NCBI GenBank assembly: GCA_963745835.1
Contig: CAVUZH010000021.1
Coordinates: 1 to 25,167 of the forward strand
Origin: an uncultured delta proteobacterium
Lineage (GTDB): Bacteria; Desulfobacterota; Binatia; UBA9968
Direction: 5' to 3'
DNA length: 25,167 nucleotides
The notes under the pieces were generated by a model. That model had not been told where the DNA came from, did not search any database, and was given only the letters and a program-made list of their open reading frames with translations. This document shows positions 17,687 through 25,167 of the stretch, one piece after another. Position 1 is the stretch's first letter. The number at the start of each line of letters is the position of its first letter. Made by a program: the position numbers and the translations under genes.

Positions 17687-18610
17687 TCAAGCTTGCTTTG
17701 CGATCGTCCAGAGAGTTTCCATTCGAGTGACAAAATCTTCGGCCGTTTCCCCTGACGGCAAAAACTGCGCGTAAATCGTGATCTCCGCGGCGCCGAGTTT
17801 CCTCGCCGCCGCGAAATCCTCGCCGATCTGCTCGGGCGTCCCAGTAAACTCGACTCGTTCTTTTTCAATGGGCGTTTTGTGAAGCTCTACGCCCGCCGTA
17901 ATAATGAGCTCGAGCGCAGAGGCATTGCGACCGGCCTCTTTTGCCATGTTCTTGATGCCATCGAACATCGCTCCGACGCCGCTCAGCGGAATACCAACTG
18001 GAAGCCAGGCGTCGGCGTGAGTGGCGACACGCTTCAAGGCGGAAGGCGTAAATGCCGCCATATAGATCGGCGGATGAGGTTTCTGCACGGGCTTTGGCCC
18101 GATGAACGATTTTGCAATCCGATAATAGTTGCCGTGAAACTCCACCGGATCCGTCGTCCAGATTTTCTTGAGTACCTCGATCGACTCATCGGCGCGTTTG
18201 CCGCGAGCTTGCCAGGCCGCGCCGGCCGCTTCGTATTCATCCGGCGACCATCCGATACCGAATCCCACCCGCAACCGTCCCCGCGACAAAACATCGAGAG
18301 TGGTCAGGCGCCGCGCCAACAAAACCGGATTGTACCAGGGAAGGTTGAGGACACCGGTTGCCAGAGCGATGCGGCTGGTATGCGCAGCGGCAAACGTCAG
18401 TGTCTCCACGGGATCGAGCACGTTCTTATACTGAACCGGTAAAGAACCGTCGCCGATCGGATATGGCGCCTGTGGATTCACCGGCCAGAGTATGCGATCG
18501 AGAACCCAAAGGCTGTCAAAACCCAAATCTTCGGCGCGCTTGGCAACCATGACCAACGCTTCCGGTCCGGCTATCGAACCTACCTGTGGAAGTGCAAATC
18601 CGAAACGCAT
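17687..18610 (-). CDS. LLM-class (luciferase-like) oxidoreductase, probably F420-dependent (Rv2161c-like)
   Basis: ATG at 18610 with RBS aggagg. Motifs MRFGFALP, AEDLGFDSLWV, DPVETL, TLDVLSRGRLRVGFGIGW and PKPVQKPHPPIY. Confidence 0.88.
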   Translation of the reverse strand: MRFGFALPQVGSIAGPEALVMVAKRAEDLGFDSLWVLDRILWPVNPQAPYPIGDGSLPVQYKNVLDPVETLTFAAAHTSRIALATGVLNLPWYNPVLLARRLTTLDVLSRGRLRVGFGIGWSPDEYEAAGAAWQARGKRADESIEVLKKIWTTDPVEFHGNYYRIAKSFIGPKPVQKPHPPIYMAAFTPSALKRVATHADAWLPVGIPLSGVGAMFDGIKNMAKEAGRNASALELIITAGVELHKTPIEKERVEFTGTPEQIGEDFAAARKLGAAEITIYAQFLPSGETAEDFVTRMETLWTIAKQA

Positions 18611-18806
18611 GATAAACCTCCTAAACAAGATAATACGGCGATCACCGCCGCGCCATGTTATTCGTTCACAACCTTAACATGCATTGACGGTGTTCGCAGT
18701 GGGCTCTATCGACACTGGGCGCCTCATCTACCTCGGTTTTGCGGTTGCGCTTTGCTAAATCCATCTATCCATAAGCGGTGAAGCGCCGGGCGAGCGAGGA
18801 GGCCCG

Positions 18807-19106
18807 ATAAAAAGAAAACCCGAAATTTAAAAATTATGCGGAGGAAAAAACCAGAACTCGCGCGTCGCTAGGGCTTGAGAAGACTCGCCCTTTTCGGCTC
18901 CTATGCCCGCGCGGATCAGCGCGACGACAGCGAAGTGGATATTTTGGTGAAATCGAACCCGAGATCGGTCTCCGTTTCGTTGAGCTCGCGAAACGAATTG
19001 AGAACACCCTCGTATTCGCCCCGAGGTCGTCTCGCGCCGGGCGATCAAGCCACGTTATTGGGAGATCATCCAAGAGGAATTGATCAATGTCCCGTATGAT
19101 CGGTGA
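18807..19106 (+). pseudogene. Minimal nucleotidyltransferase (MntA-type antitoxin of HEPN/MNT TA) pseudogene
   Basis: Stitched reading KIMRRKKPELARR*GLRRLALFGSYARADQRDDSEVDILV / IEPEIGLRFVELAKRIENTL / EVVSRRAIKPRYWEIIQEELINV. In-frame TAG at 18869 plus two frameshifts (~18950, ~19020). GS..D-x-D type motif present as E-V-D. Confidence 0.8.
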
Positions 19107-19179
19107 GATTTCGCCTGTTTTCACATCAGTAAATTGCATGGCCACTATTTCATCGACTGGCGACTGATCGCCCTTGAGA

Positions 19180-19249
19180 ATTCAAATTGGTTCAGAAGTT
19201 CAAACCACTTACAAGTTAACTGGTTCGAGTCGTTCCAGACGTTCAAATG
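19180..19249. repeat. Degenerate GTTC-core 8-10 bp tandem array
   Basis: attcaaattg|gttcagaa|gttcaaacc then gttcgagtc|gttccagac|gttcaaatg (exact 9-bp period at 19223, 19232, 19241). Confidence 0.55.
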
Positions 19250-19284
19250 TCCGACTCGTTTTTGGCCGGGCACCTGAAGAGCCT

Positions 19285-20457
19285 TTAGCCGCTCTTCGCT
19301 AACTTTTTCTCGACAATTCGAGCAAACACGCTCGCGCCGAGCGCCAGCGCCGCGTCATTGAAATCGTAGGCGGGGTTATGCACTTCGCAGGCGCCCTCGC
19401 CCGCGCCGTTGCCGATGTTGAAGTAAGCGCCCGGGACCTTTTCCAGCATGAACGAAAAATCCTCCGAAGCCACGATCAGCGAAGGATTGCGGTTAACGTT
19501 GTCTTCTCCGACTACCTCGGCACAAACCCCCGCCACGAAATCCGCCTGTGTCGGATCGTTGATCGTGGGCGCGAAGATCACGCGGAAATCGACCTCCGCC
19601 GTGGCGCCGAACGCCTCCGCGGTTCCCATCACCACCCGGCGCATGCCGGTTTCGATCAGCGACATGACCTCGCGCGTGAACGCGCGTACGGTTCCGGAGA
19701 GCTGTGCTGTCTGCGGAATGACGTTGTAGGCGTCGCCCGCATTGATCTTGGTCACCGAAACCACCGCCGCATCGATCGGCCGGACGTTGCGCGAGACGAT
19801 GCTCTGCAGCGCGATGACGATGTGCGCGGCCACCAGCACCGGATCGACCCCGCTCTCAGGCCGCGCGCCATGGGAGCCCTTGCCCGTAATACGGATGTCG
19901 AAGAACCCGCCACCCGCCATCATCGGTCCGGCGCGCACCGCGAATTTACCGAGTGTTAGCCCGGGCCGGTTGTGCATGCCGAACACCACGTCGCAGGGGA
20001 ATTTCTCGAACAGTCCGTCTGCAATCATCGCGCGCGCCCCGCCGATGCCTTCCTCGGCTGGCTGGAAGATGAAGTTCACCACGCCGTCGAAGTTGCGCGT
20101 GTCGGCGAGATATTTTGCCGCGCCGAGCAGCATGGTGGTATGGCCGTCATGACCGCACGCGTGCATGCGCCCATCGTTCGTCGAGCGGTGCGCGAAAGTA
20201 TTCGCCTCGTGAATCGGCAGCGCGTCCATATCGGCGCGCAGACCGACCGAACGCCCCGCGCTTCCCGTGCGCAGCACGCCCACCACGCCAGTCTTGCCGA
20301 TTCCGTGGTGTACCTCCAGCCCGAAACCGCGCAGCTTTTCCGCGACAAGTTTAGAGGTGCGGTTTTCCTCGAAACCGAGCTCGGGGTGCGCGTGGATGTC
20401 GCGGCGCCAGAGCGTCATCTCCTCCTGCACGCGAACAATCGCTTCGATCACGGCCAT
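19285..20457 (-). CDS. M20D family amidohydrolase (hippurate hydrolase / aminoacylase-like)
   Basis: WRRDIHAHPELGFEE, GLRADMDALP, MHACGHDGH, FQPAEEG, GMHN, GSHGARP, SEDF and HNPAYDFND. Confidence 0.95.
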   Translation of the reverse strand: MAVIEAIVRVQEEMTLWRRDIHAHPELGFEENRTSKLVAEKLRGFGLEVHHGIGKTGVVGVLRTGSAGRSVGLRADMDALPIHEANTFAHRSTNDGRMHACGHDGHTTMLLGAAKYLADTRNFDGVVNFIFQPAEEGIGGARAMIADGLFEKFPCDVVFGMHNRPGLTLGKFAVRAGPMMAGGGFFDIRITGKGSHGARPESGVDPVLVAAHIVIALQSIVSRNVRPIDAAVVSVTKINAGDAYNVIPQTAQLSGTVRAFTREVMSLIETGMRRVVMGTAEAFGATAEVDFRVIFAPTINDPTQADFVAGVCAEVVGEDNVNRNPSLIVASEDFSFMLEKVPGAYFNIGNGAGEGACEVHNPAYDFNDAALALGASVFARIVEKKLAKSG

Positions 20458-20509
20458 ATTCCTATCATTCCTCGAATGCTCATCCGTGGACGCTGTGGTC
20501 AGCGGATCC

Positions 20510-20576
20510 CCGACGCCTCGAGATCCGCCTTATCTTTGTAGGTCCGGACCCTAGATTCGTTCTGATGCCGATTCAC
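20510..20576 (-). pseudogene. Gene remnant, NIPSNAP-like fragment (copy 2)
   Basis: Minus strand reads VNRHQNESRVRTYKDKADLEA; matches 3294-3346. Confidence 0.45.
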
Positions 20577-20838
20577 TCACGTCCGAAGGGCACGCCGATC
20601 ATTTTGTGCAATACATAATGTCTTCTTTGAAGTGCTTCAGAATTATCCATCTCACTTTTGTTGACCGCGTAATTTCCTCCCGTGTGATTTCGGATTGGCT
20701 CGCCTTTGACAGTAGCCAAGGCCCTCGCCTGCCGTCAAACAAATACTCGCGCCGTTGACGAGTTGAGAGGTAAACTTGTTGAAGGGGTTACGCGACCGGC
20801 TGCTTTTCTGCACGAGGGACCACCACAATCTTGCTTCC

Positions 20839-21285
20839 CTAATCCGGAATTTCGGGCTCGACTAATTTGGCCAGGAGATTGAGCGATTCCTGCCAGCCGA
20901 CATAGCAAGCCTCAGCGGGAATGATATCGGGCACTCCCTCCTGCACGATGTTCAACTCGGTTCCACAAGACACTTTCTTCAAAGTGACGGTCGTCTGCAT
21001 TTCTCCGGGCAGGTTCAGGTCGTCAAATCTATCCGTGTAACGGATGCGTTCTTGTGGCACCAGTTCAAGATACTCGCCGCCGAACGAATGACTCTTGCCG
21101 GTGCTGAAGTTTGTGAACGACATCTTGTAGGTGCCGCCAACCTTGGCATCCATGTGGTGAACCTTGCCGGTGAATCCGTTCGGCGGGAGCCATTTGGTCA
21201 TCGCGTCGGCATCAAGAAACGCCCGGTAGACTCTTTCGGGCGTTGCGCGGATGACCCGGTGAAGCCGGATAGTGTTTGCTGACAT
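20839..21285 (-). CDS. SRPBCC / AHSA1-like (CalC/Aha1) domain protein
   Basis: RBS aaggag. Motifs IRLHRVIRATPERVYRAF, KWLPPNGF, VGGTYKMSF, GEYLELVP and GWQESL. Confidence 0.92.
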   Translation of the reverse strand: MSANTIRLHRVIRATPERVYRAFLDADAMTKWLPPNGFTGKVHHMDAKVGGTYKMSFTNFSTGKSHSFGGEYLELVPQERIRYTDRFDDLNLPGEMQTTVTLKKVSCGTELNIVQEGVPDIIPAEACYVGWQESLNLLAKLVEPEIPD

Positions 21286-21383
21286 GATTTCTTCTCCTTT
21301 TGTGGGTTGTTCCGTTTTGGTCTTTCATCTCTATGACGAATGGACTCGAACTCTTAGGACACAGCTCTGATAATTTTTCCTGC

Positions 21384-21437
21384 CGTCACCTCGTCCCCTC
21401 GTGCCTGAGCCTATAGGGTATCGGGAGGTGACCCGAT
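21384..21437. repeat. Octamer tandem (cgtcacct|cgtcccct|cgtgcct) followed by a short hairpin atcggg-N6-cccgat
   Basis: Read directly; hairpin at 21420-21437. Confidence 0.4.
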
Positions 21438-21848
21438 CCTCCACTCACCCGAATTTGACGAGAGCGTTGCGCTTCATGCGATGATTGGTTTTGGCAGTGT
21501 GAGTTCCGCTCGGACCACGCTAAGAATTTATCATTCCAGCGTTAATCTTCGATGGAAGTACGTTTCTCGGTCTGAGAGCCCCATTTTGCCGGCGAATTGT
21601 TATCGTAAGGGGAGAGGCCGCAGGTCAGATTTGATCTTTCGACTAAGCATCCTGCTCCGCTGCCATGTTTCCGGCCAGTCGTGGAAAGCGCCGGCGTTTC
21701 GCTGCCGATCATCAAATGGCTCGACCGTTCGAGAAGCCTCACGGCAGGCTTCCTCGCCGGCCTTCAGTTCCGAGCCCGTCAGGAATCACCATGAGCGGTT
21801 CGGCCTGCGATCATCCTGAGTCGGTCAAAAGATGCGTAGGTACACGGA

Positions 21849-22845
21849 TCAACGCTTGTAAAGCTGTTTAAGATAACCCGACGACTCAAGTTCCTGCACA
21901 AAACTCATATCGACATATTGTCGTGGATCCGCAGCTTTGGCTTTCGGATTGCGCGGGGCCATATCATCCAACAAAGTCTTCACTCCTTCCGGTGTCGGCA
22001 TTGTATTTACCGGAAAAATTGCGGCATAAGCTTTAGCCGCTCGTTCGAGTCCCTCAGGGTCATTGAGTTTTAGAAATTTGCTGAAGATCGCCTTTGTGCC
22101 TTCTCTATCGGTTTTGATGAAATGAATGGCGTCGGCGTTGGCGCGCACCACCTTGGCGATGAGGCTACGCTTGCTTTTTATAATGCTCTCGCGAGTAAGA
22201 ACCGCGTTCCAATGAAAAGGCAGAGCCAAAGATCCGGTATCCAACAAATCGCGAAAACCCAGCTTCTCCGCCTCGCGTATCCACGGCTCTGGCATGATCG
22301 TAAACTGAATCAAGCCGCGCGACAAAGCGACGAGCCGCTCCGGATTGCCGCCGGCGGTAATGATCTTGGTATCCGAGTCCGGATTGATGCCGAGACGCCG
22401 CAGCGCTAGACGCAAGCCTAGATCCGAGGTGGATCCCACTCGATTCACTCCGCCGGTCTTGCCCTTGAGATGCTGGAGTTCAGTGATCGACGACACGCTC
22501 ACGATATGATCGACAAAGGTCGGCACCAAGGTTTGGATCATGATCGTGTCGGCGCCGGCCAGTCGGGTGCCCACCAAGGTAGTCACCGATGTGACAATGA
22601 CATCCACGTCGCCGGCGAGCAGCGCTTGCATGGCGATGGGACTGGAGTTGATACCGATGATTTCCGCGTCGACCCCGTGTTTTCTTAAGCAGTCCCTTCT
22701 CCTGGACGACCCACATCGGACTTGCCGCGGGATTGAGCGCGGCCCAAGCGATTCTGGTCTTTTCCTGCGCTTCCGCGGAGAATAATGGAAACACCAAGAT
22801 ACTCGCGCAAACGAGCGCCGCGATGTGTTTCATTCCGTCACGCAT
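21849..22845 (-). pseudogene. SsuA/NMT1-type substrate-binding protein split by a +1 frameshift in an A-run at 22680-22683
   Basis: N-part MRDGMKHIAALVCASILVFPLFSAEAQ...VQEKGLLKK (ATG 22845, RBS gaggt) joins HGVDAEIIGINSSPIAMQALLAGD if one A is removed. The rest is intact to YVDMSFVQELE. Possibly a sequencing error. Confidence 0.85.
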
Positions 22846-22971
22846 GATTGTTACCTCTCGATGGCAGCAGCTTGATTCTATAGTCTCGCGCCTCCCGCCT
22901 TGCAACCGAGATCGCCGCTTTGCTAAGAAGAAGTACTCGCTAATCCATTCGACACACAGAGGAAGTTGATT

Positions 22972-23802
22972 ATGCCTTTAGAAAAAATATCCACCGGAAT
23001 CGATCTTTACTATGAGTCGCAGGGCCGCGGTGAAGCGGTCGTGTTTATTCCCGGCACCGGCTTTTCCGGCAACGTCTGGATGGAAACGCAAGTGGAGCCG
23101 CTGTCGCGCTCTTTGCAAGTCATCGTGCATGACCCGAGAGGCTGCGGGCGCTCCACTCACTTCAAGAGTGTCTGTACCATCGATCAGATGGCCAATGACG
23201 TTGCCGCGCTTCTCGAGCATCTGAATGTGCGCTCGGCGCATATCATCGGGCATTCCATGGGCGGCCGTATCGGACTGTCGCTCGCTCTAAATTTTCCGGG
23301 CAAAGTCAAAAGCTTGATCCTTGCCGCGGCCGGTTCCGGTCCCGCCGCCCGCGAGGGGGCCGAGACTATTCCCGGCCTGCCGTATCGCCTGGCCTTCGAT
23401 CTCATAGAGATGGGGTTTGAAAAATATTTGAAGCACGAGATCTGCGATACGGATACTTATTTCACGCCGGCCTATCGAAAAGAACAGCGGGAGAAGGTGC
23501 AGGCTTTTTATGAAATGGTATGGACCTATCACGCCAAACTCCCCGAGTATCTTCAGCTTTGCATCGCGCGGCACAACTGGGAGGCGACCCACCGTCTGGG
23601 CGATGTCACGGTGCCGACGTTGGTCGTGGTCGGTGACAATGACGTGGTGGGAAGCAATCACGTCGCGCAAGCGCAAGTACTCGCCAAACGCATTCCCAAC
23701 GCCGAGTACAAAGTCCTTAAAGGACAATCGCACGGTTTCTTCTGGCAGTCGCCCGAAGAAACCAACGAATGGATTTTACAGTGGATACGCAATCACGCGT
23801 GA
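22972..23802 (+). CDS. Alpha/beta hydrolase (3-oxoadipate enol-lactonase/PcaD-like)
   Basis: DPRGCGRS, nucleophile elbow GHSMGG, acid in VGDNDV and His in SHGFF. RBS gagga. Confidence 0.9.
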   Translation: MPLEKISTGIDLYYESQGRGEAVVFIPGTGFSGNVWMETQVEPLSRSLQVIVHDPRGCGRSTHFKSVCTIDQMANDVAALLEHLNVRSAHIIGHSMGGRIGLSLALNFPGKVKSLILAAAGSGPAAREGAETIPGLPYRLAFDLIEMGFEKYLKHEICDTDTYFTPAYRKEQREKVQAFYEMVWTYHAKLPEYLQLCIARHNWEATHRLGDVTVPTLVVVGDNDVVGSNHVAQAQVLAKRIPNAEYKVLKGQSHGFFWQSPEETNEWILQWIRNHA

Positions 23803-23846
23803 GCGGGCTTGACGTCGAGTATCCCTAGTTCCATCTTGCGCCTAAC

Positions 23847-24863
23847 ATGAAATTTCTCGCACGAACGTTGCTATGCCTCTTTGTTCTTCTATGCGGTCGC
23901 GGGGAAAGTTCCGCGGCCTCGGCTCCCTCCAAGATCGTCTTGGCCTATGCCTCGATGGTGGCTCGGACATCTTTCATTTGGATCGCCAGGGAGCAGGGCT
24001 TCTTCGAAAAGTACGGCATTGATCCCGAGCTCATTCTCATAAGCCGCGGTCCGGTGCTGATAGCCGGCTTGACTTCGGGTTACGTGCATGTCGGCAACAC
24101 CGGAGGAACCGCCGCTCTAAACGCTGCCGTCGGTGGTATAGAGCTGAAGCTCGTTGCGACCTTCAATAGCAGGTGGGTGAATAACGTGGTTGCGAGGTCC
24201 GGCATTCAATCTCCCAAAGATCTAGCCAAAAAACGTTTCGGAGTGAGCAGTTTCGGCGGGACCCAATGGATGGGAACCATGCTCTGGCTCGAACATCTGG
24301 GATTAGACGCACAGAAAGACGATATTCGTTTTCTGGTTATTGGCGACCAAACGCTGCTTGCCCAAGGGTTGGAGACCGGAACCATCGACGCCGCGAATCT
24401 GGATAGCAGCTTCAGCCGTAAGCTCAAGCAAAAAGGATTTTCAGTTCTAACTGACTCGACCAAAGTCAATCTTCCGATCGTGAGCCAGGGAATTGTCGTG
24501 ACCGCAGAATATTTACACAAACAACCACGCGTGGTGGAGGGAGTTCTCCAGGCATTGATCGAAGGGCTGGCCTTTACCGTCGCGCCGGCTAATAAAGCGC
24601 TGGTGCTAAAGACCTTGGTGAGAAAACTAGGTGTAATGGATGCCTCAGCCTTGGAAGAAGGATATCAGGAAATCCTCACCGGTCTGGACCGCAAGCCTTA
24701 TCCATCTCTGGAAGGCATGAAAAACATCCAGCGGCTCGCAAAGTTAAGAGAACCGCGCCTTGGAAACGTCAATGTCGAGAGCATTGTCGACGATAGTTTG
24801 ATGCGAAAACTTGACTCGAGTGGTTTTATCGATCGAGTTTATCGCGGTTACGGAATCAAGTGA
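23847..24863 (+). CDS. ABC-type substrate-binding protein, SsuA/TauA/NMT1-THI5 family
   Basis: Signal MKFLARTLLCLFVLL. Motifs WIAREQGFFEKYGID, GVSSFGG, RKPYPSLEG and IVDDSLMRKL. Confidence 0.9.
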   Translation: MKFLARTLLCLFVLLCGRGESSAASAPSKIVLAYASMVARTSFIWIAREQGFFEKYGIDPELILISRGPVLIAGLTSGYVHVGNTGGTAALNAAVGGIELKLVATFNSRWVNNVVARSGIQSPKDLAKKRFGVSSFGGTQWMGTMLWLEHLGLDAQKDDIRFLVIGDQTLLAQGLETGTIDAANLDSSFSRKLKQKGFSVLTDSTKVNLPIVSQGIVVTAEYLHKQPRVVEGVLQALIEGLAFTVAPANKALVLKTLVRKLGVMDASALEEGYQEILTGLDRKPYPSLEGMKNIQRLAKLREPRLGNVNVESIVDDSLMRKLDSSGFIDRVYRGYGIK

Positions 24864-24913
24864 GACGCAGGTACTATTGGCGCTCTGATTTCAAAGGTGG
24901 AAAAGAGGAAATT

Positions 24914-25167
24914 ATGATTGCCCGGTCGACGTTAGCATTCATCTTCGCCGCGTTCGCGGTATTCACGCCTCCGGCGACAAGCGTCGCGACGGAATCTTCC
25001 GCCCCGCCATGCTCAACCACAAATTCTCGAATCTAATGGATGAGCCGGTCTCGCTCTGCCAGTTCAGCGGCAAGGTGCTGCTGATCGTTAACACAGCGAG
25101 CGAGTGCGGCTATACGCCGCAGTATGATGGATTCGAAAAGCTGTATCGTCGCTATCGCGAGAAAGGT
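24914..25167 (+). CDS. Glutathione peroxidase (Gpx/BtuE-like), cut by the window end, frameshift near 25000 after a signal peptide
   Basis: Not in the ORF track. ATG 24914 (RBS gagga) gives MIARSTLAFIFAAFAVFTPPATSVA. The frame from ATG 25009 gives MLNHKFSNLMDEPVSLCQFSGKVLLIVNTASECGYTPQYDGFEKLYRRYREKG, with the Gpx motif VNTASxCG.TPQY. Confidence 0.88.

Noticed and set aside
3294-20576. Intact integrative element bounded by attL/attR direct repeats
   Set aside because: No integrase or transposase, and the repeats are diverged. Kept only as a possible old scar.
21481-21871. Short ORFs of 66-112 aa between SRPBCC and the SBP
   Set aside because: No convincing RBS, Arg/Ser-rich low-information translations, and overlap with repeat-like remnants.

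Overview
A 25 kb bacterial accessory catabolism/uptake region with no rRNA, tRNA, CRISPR array or intact mobile element. Its core is a LysR regulator divergent from a ~8.3 kb + strand operon. In order, that operon encodes an M24 'pita-bread' hydrolase lacking most metal ligands, an FAD-dependent aromatic monooxygenase, an uncalled 59-aa GatC/AtzG-like protein overlapping an amidase, a UbiD decarboxylase and two SsuA/NMT1-type solute-binding proteins (SBPs). I infer an uncharacterised pathway for an aromatic or N-heterocyclic amide/acid. Flanking genes encode MmgE/PrpD, a maleate-isomerase-like protein lacking both catalytic Cys, an MFS transporter, an LLM (probably F420-dependent) oxidoreductase, an M20D amidohydrolase, SRPBCC, an alpha/beta hydrolase, a glutathione peroxidase (cut by the window edge) and a 50-aa very basic protein. 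Six SBP genes occur with no ABC permease or ATPase in the window. Three otherwise intact genes each carry one 1-bp frameshift, which may be sequencing error. Decayed remnants are an MNT antitoxin pseudogene and two ~50-bp copies of the same NIPSNAP-like coding fragment 17 kb apart. Intergenic DNA holds three CATTGAC motifs at exact 25-bp spacing and several 8-9-bp degenerate tandem arrays. Gene content is reminiscent of Candidatus Binatia-type genomes (impression only). All family calls come from motif recognition by eye; no searches were run.
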